Assembly: GCF_001457615.1 (NCBI RefSeq) | Contig: NZ_LN831024.1 | Coordinates: 1,290,001 to 1,322,000, forward strand | DNA: 32,000 bases | Reading direction: 5' to 3' | Origin: Pseudomonas aeruginosa | GTDB lineage: Bacteria; Pseudomonadota; Gammaproteobacteria; Pseudomonadales; Pseudomonadaceae | Shown here: one piece after another, positions 28,888 through 32,000 of the stretch | How the letters are laid out: every line of letters starts with the position of its first letter | Numbering within the stretch: position 1 is the stretch's first letter | Program-made: the position numbers and the translations under genes | The notes under the pieces: generated by a model | The model's input: the letters and a program-made list of their open reading frames with translations, nothing else | Told to the model about the DNA's origin: nothing | Databases searched by the model: none

Positions 28888-29580
28888 ATGGACTTCGACG
28901 GATTGGACCGCCAGCTGCGCGACAGCCTGGCCGATCTGAAGCTGAGCAACGAGGAGCGGGACGAACTGCGCCAACTGGGCAGCGAGCTGGCACCCGACCA
29001 GGTGCGTTTCCTGCGCAACCGTGCCTTCGACCTGGTGCGTGAGCTGGTCCTCCTGGAGGAGCAGGGCGAACGGATAGCCGCCCTGAAGTGGCTGGAGCAG
29101 GTGGTGCGCACCCTGGAGGTTACCGCGGCGCCGCCGCGCAGCCGCGCCAGCGCCTATTTCAGTCCCGGCGAGGAGTGTCGGCGGAAGATCCGCGAACTGT
29201 GCCGGCAGGCCAGGCAGAGCCTGGACATCTGCGTGTTCACCATCTCCGACGACCAGCTCAGTGCGGAAATCCTGGCCTGCCATCGGCGCGGCGTTCCGGT
29301 GCGGATCATCAGCGACGATGACAAGCAGTTCGACGAAGGCAGCGACATCCATGCGCTGCGCGAGGCCGGCGTGCCGCTGCGAATCGACGACAGTCCCTTC
29401 CACATGCACCACAAGTTCGCCCTGGTGGATGGCGCCTGGCTGCTCAACGGCAGTTTCAACTGGACCCGCAGCGCCAGCGTCAACAACGAAGAGAACCTGC
29501 TGGTAACCGACGACGCCGTGCTGATCGGCGCCTATCGGCGCGAGTTCGAGGAACTCTGGGGCCGCTACGCCCCGCGCTGA
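28888..29580 (+). CDS. Phospholipase D-superfamily protein with a single HKD motif (Nuc-like nuclease or lipase fold)
   Basis: 230 aa: 'SLDICVFTISDDQLSAEILACHRRGVPVRIISDDDKQFDEGSDIHALREAGVPLRIDDSPFHMHHKFALVDGAWLLNGSFNWT'; HxKx4Dx6GSxN complete, HKD encoded at 29407-29430. Confidence 0.92.
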   Translation: MDFDGLDRQLRDSLADLKLSNEERDELRQLGSELAPDQVRFLRNRAFDLVRELVLLEEQGERIAALKWLEQVVRTLEVTAAPPRSRASAYFSPGEECRRKIRELCRQARQSLDICVFTISDDQLSAEILACHRRGVPVRIISDDDKQFDEGSDIHALREAGVPLRIDDSPFHMHHKFALVDGAWLLNGSFNWTRSASVNNEENLLVTDDAVLIGAYRREFEELWGRYAPR

Positions 29581-29686
29581 GCGGCAGCGACGCGAGAAAG
29601 GCAGGGCAGGCGGTCGGCCGGCGGACCGCACGCGGGCGGGTTTCAGGTTAGACTTGCGCCCTTTCGCTTCCCACGCCGGTATTCCC

Positions 29687-30226
29687 ATGGCCCTGCAATC
29701 CACGCCCTATAAAGCCGATATTTCCCTCACCGACCTGGACCGCGGGGTCTACGAGACGTTGCGCCTGACCGTGGCCCGGCACCCCTCCGAGACCGAGGAG
29801 CGCCTGGCCGTGCGCTTGCTGGCCTACGTGCTGTGGTACGGCGAGCAGATCGCCTTCGGGCGTGGCCTGTCGGACGTGGACGAACCGGCGCTCTGGGAAA
29901 AGAGCCTGGACGGCCGGGTCCTGCACTGGATCGAAGTCGGCCAGCCGGACGCCGAGCGCATCACCTGGTGCTCGCGTCGCTGCGAGCGCTTCAGCCTGCT
30001 CGCCTATGGCAACCTGCGGGTCTGGCAGACCAAGGTGCTGGACAGCGTGCGCAGCCTGAAGAACATCAACGTCGCGGCAGTGCCCCAGGAACCCCTGGAG
30101 AGCCTGTCCCGCGACCTGCCGCGTTCGATCAACTGGACCGTGATGATCAGCGAGGGCACCCTGTTCGTCACCGACGAGAACGGCCAGCACGAGTTGCAGC
30201 TGGAGTGGCTGCAGGGCGAGCGTTGA
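29687..30226 (+). CDS. yaeQ: YaeQ family protein
   Basis: MALQSTPYKADISLTDLDRGVYETLRLTVARHPSETEERLAVRLLAYVLWYGEQIAFGRGLSDVDEPALWEKSLDGRVLHWIEVGQPDAERI..., typical YaeQ; start at ATG 29687. Confidence 0.93.
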   Translation: MALQSTPYKADISLTDLDRGVYETLRLTVARHPSETEERLAVRLLAYVLWYGEQIAFGRGLSDVDEPALWEKSLDGRVLHWIEVGQPDAERITWCSRRCERFSLLAYGNLRVWQTKVLDSVRSLKNINVAAVPQEPLESLSRDLPRSINWTVMISEGTLFVTDENGQHELQLEWLQGER

Positions 30227-30269
30227 TCGCCGCCGCCGTTTCCTTCCGTCGAGCCGAACGAGTGACCTG

Positions 30270-31985
30270 ATGCGTATCGAACCCCGCCCCCTGCCCGAAA
30301 CCCTGCCCGATCTCGGCGACCTTCCGCCATTGCTGGCGCGCCTGTACGCGGCTCGTGGCGTGCGTTGCGCCGAGGAGCTGGACAAGGGCCTGGCGCGGCT
30401 GATTCCCTACCAGCGGCTGAAAGGCATCGAAGAGGGCGTGGCGCTGCTGGTGGACGCCCTGGAGGGCGGCCAGCGGATTCTCATCGTCGGCGACTTCGAC
30501 GCCGACGGCGCCACCGCCAGCAGCGTCGGCGTGCTGGCCCTGCGCATGCTCGGCGCGGCCTGGGTCGATTACCTGGTGCCGAACCGCTTCGAGTACGGCT
30601 ACGGCCTGACCCCGGAGATCGTCGGCGTGGCCCTGGAGAAGCGTCCCGACCTGCTGGTGACGGTGGACAACGGCATCTCCAGCGTGGACGGCGTCCAGGC
30701 GGCGAAAGCCGCGGGGCTCAAGGTGCTGGTCACCGACCACCACCTGCCTGGCCCGGAACTGCCGGCGGCGGATGCGATCATCAACCCCAACCAGCCGGGC
30801 TGCGAATTCCCCAGCAAGGCCATGGCCGGGGTCGGGGTGATCTTCTATGTGATGCTGGCGTTGCGGGCGCGCCTGCGCGAGCTGGACTGGTTCGCCCGGC
30901 GCGGGCTGAAGGAACCGAACCTCGCCGAGCTGCTCGACCTGGTGGCGCTGGGCAGCGTCGCCGATGTGGTGCCGCTCGATGCCAACAACCGCATCCTGGT
31001 CCACCAGGGCCTCGCGCGCATCCGCGCCGGCCGCGCCCGGCCGGGCTTGCGCGCGCTGCTGGAGGTGGCCGGGCGGCCTCCGGTACGGATCACCTCCACC
31101 GACCTGGGTTTCATCCTCGGTCCGCGCCTGAACGCGGCGGGTCGGCTCGACGACATGTCCCTCGGCATCGAATGCCTGCTCTGCGACGACGAAGCGCTGG
31201 CCCGCGACATGGCGGTGCAGCTCGACCAGTTGAACCAGGACCGCAAGGCCATCGAGCAGGGTATGCAGCGCGAGGCGCTGGCGCAGCTCAAGGAGCTGAG
31301 CCTGGAGCAACTGCCGTTCGGCTTGTGCCTGTTCGACGCCGACTGGCACCAGGGCGTGATCGGAATCCTCGCCTCGCGCCTGAAGGAGCGTTACCACCGG
31401 CCGACCATCGCCTTCGCCGATGCCGGCGACGGCAGCCTGAAAGGCTCGGCACGGTCGATTCCCGGCTTCCACATCCGCGACGCGCTGGACGCGGTAGCCG
31501 CCCGTCATCCCGGGCTGATCAGCAAGTTCGGCGGCCACGCGATGGCTGCCGGACTATCGTTGCCGCAGGAAAACTTCGGCGCTTTCTCCGCCGCCTTCGA
31601 TGCCGAAGTACGCCGCCAACTGGCCGAGGAGGACCTGGCCGGGCGCCTGCTCTCCGATGGCCAGTTGAGCATCCAGGAGTTCCACCTGGAGTTGGCGCGC
31701 GCGTTGCGCCAGGCCGGTCCCTGGGGCCAGCACTTTCCCGAGCCGATGTTCCACGGGGTGTTCCAGCTGGTGCAGCAGCGGATCGTCGGCGAGCGTCACC
31801 TGAAGCTGGTGCTGAAAAGCGAATGCGGCTCGCTGCAACTGGATGGCATTGCCTTCAACATCGACCGCGAGCAGTGGCCCAACCCTACCGTGCGCTGGGC
31901 CGAGCTGGCCTACAAGCTCGACGTCAACGAATTCCGCGGCCAGGAAAGCGTGCAACTGATGATCGTCCACATGGCTCCTCGCTGA
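30270..31985 (+). CDS. recJ: Single-stranded-DNA-specific exonuclease RecJ
   Basis: 571 aa: DHH motifs 'ILIVGDFDADGATASSVGVLAL', 'VTVDNGISSVDGVQAAKAAGLKVLVTDHHLPG', 'INPNQPGCEFPSKAMAGVGVIFY', 'LGSVADVVPL', C-terminal 'SKFGGHAMAAGLSL'. Confidence 0.97.
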   Translation: MRIEPRPLPETLPDLGDLPPLLARLYAARGVRCAEELDKGLARLIPYQRLKGIEEGVALLVDALEGGQRILIVGDFDADGATASSVGVLALRMLGAAWVDYLVPNRFEYGYGLTPEIVGVALEKRPDLLVTVDNGISSVDGVQAAKAAGLKVLVTDHHLPGPELPAADAIINPNQPGCEFPSKAMAGVGVIFYVMLALRARLRELDWFARRGLKEPNLAELLDLVALGSVADVVPLDANNRILVHQGLARIRAGRARPGLRALLEVAGRPPVRITSTDLGFILGPRLNAAGRLDDMSLGIECLLCDDEALARDMAVQLDQLNQDRKAIEQGMQREALAQLKELSLEQLPFGLCLFDADWHQGVIGILASRLKERYHRPTIAFADAGDGSLKGSARSIPGFHIRDALDAVAARHPGLISKFGGHAMAAGLSLPQENFGAFSAAFDAEVRRQLAEEDLAGRLLSDGQLSIQEFHLELARALRQAGPWGQHFPEPMFHGVFQLVQQRIVGERHLKLVLKSECGSLQLDGIAFNIDREQWPNPTVRWAELAYKLDVNEFRGQESVQLMIVHMAPR

Positions 31986-32000
31986 ACGCGCCACGGGGCC

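Noticed and set aside
27070-29703. 877-aa minus-strand ORF
   Set aside because: Antisense shadow of the ATPase C-terminus and the HKD gene; Val/Leu/Gln-rich with no credible motif.

Overview
This window reads as a GC-rich pseudomonad chromosomal segment. Gene order and protein sequences look like Pseudomonas aeruginosa; that is from recall, with no database search. Left to right: the 3' end of a GDSL/SGNH hydrolase; MHS-type MFS transporter (-); CNNM/CorC-type CBS protein (-); CcsA/YpjD-like membrane protein (-); ffh (+); the rpsP-rimM-trmD-rplS operon (+); a hotdog thioesterase (+); a small membrane protein with MshEN/GspE-N-like motifs (-); a CPA1 cation/H+ antiporter with an RCK-like tail (-); xerD, dsbC, hom, thrC (+); a secreted alpha/beta hydrolase (-); a small TTG-start protein (+); a CaiB/BaiF CoA-transferase (-). 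Next is the most interesting part, a co-directional cluster at 19350-29580: DUF2170/YjfI-like protein, PspA/IM30 (ESCRT-III-like) protein, YqiJ/NfeD-like membrane protein, YqiK-like flotillin, a 1746-aa AAA-type ATPase (DUF3686-like N-terminus), and a single-HKD PLD-superfamily protein. YaeQ-like protein and recJ follow. The cluster looks like a multi-component membrane-surveillance or membrane-remodelling system, possibly stress- or phage-related. Its 5' end carries two exact 13-bp repeats (TTACATGTGATCT) spaced 22 bp apart, one lying between candidate -35 and -10 elements. I saw no rRNA, tRNA, CRISPR array or transposase.
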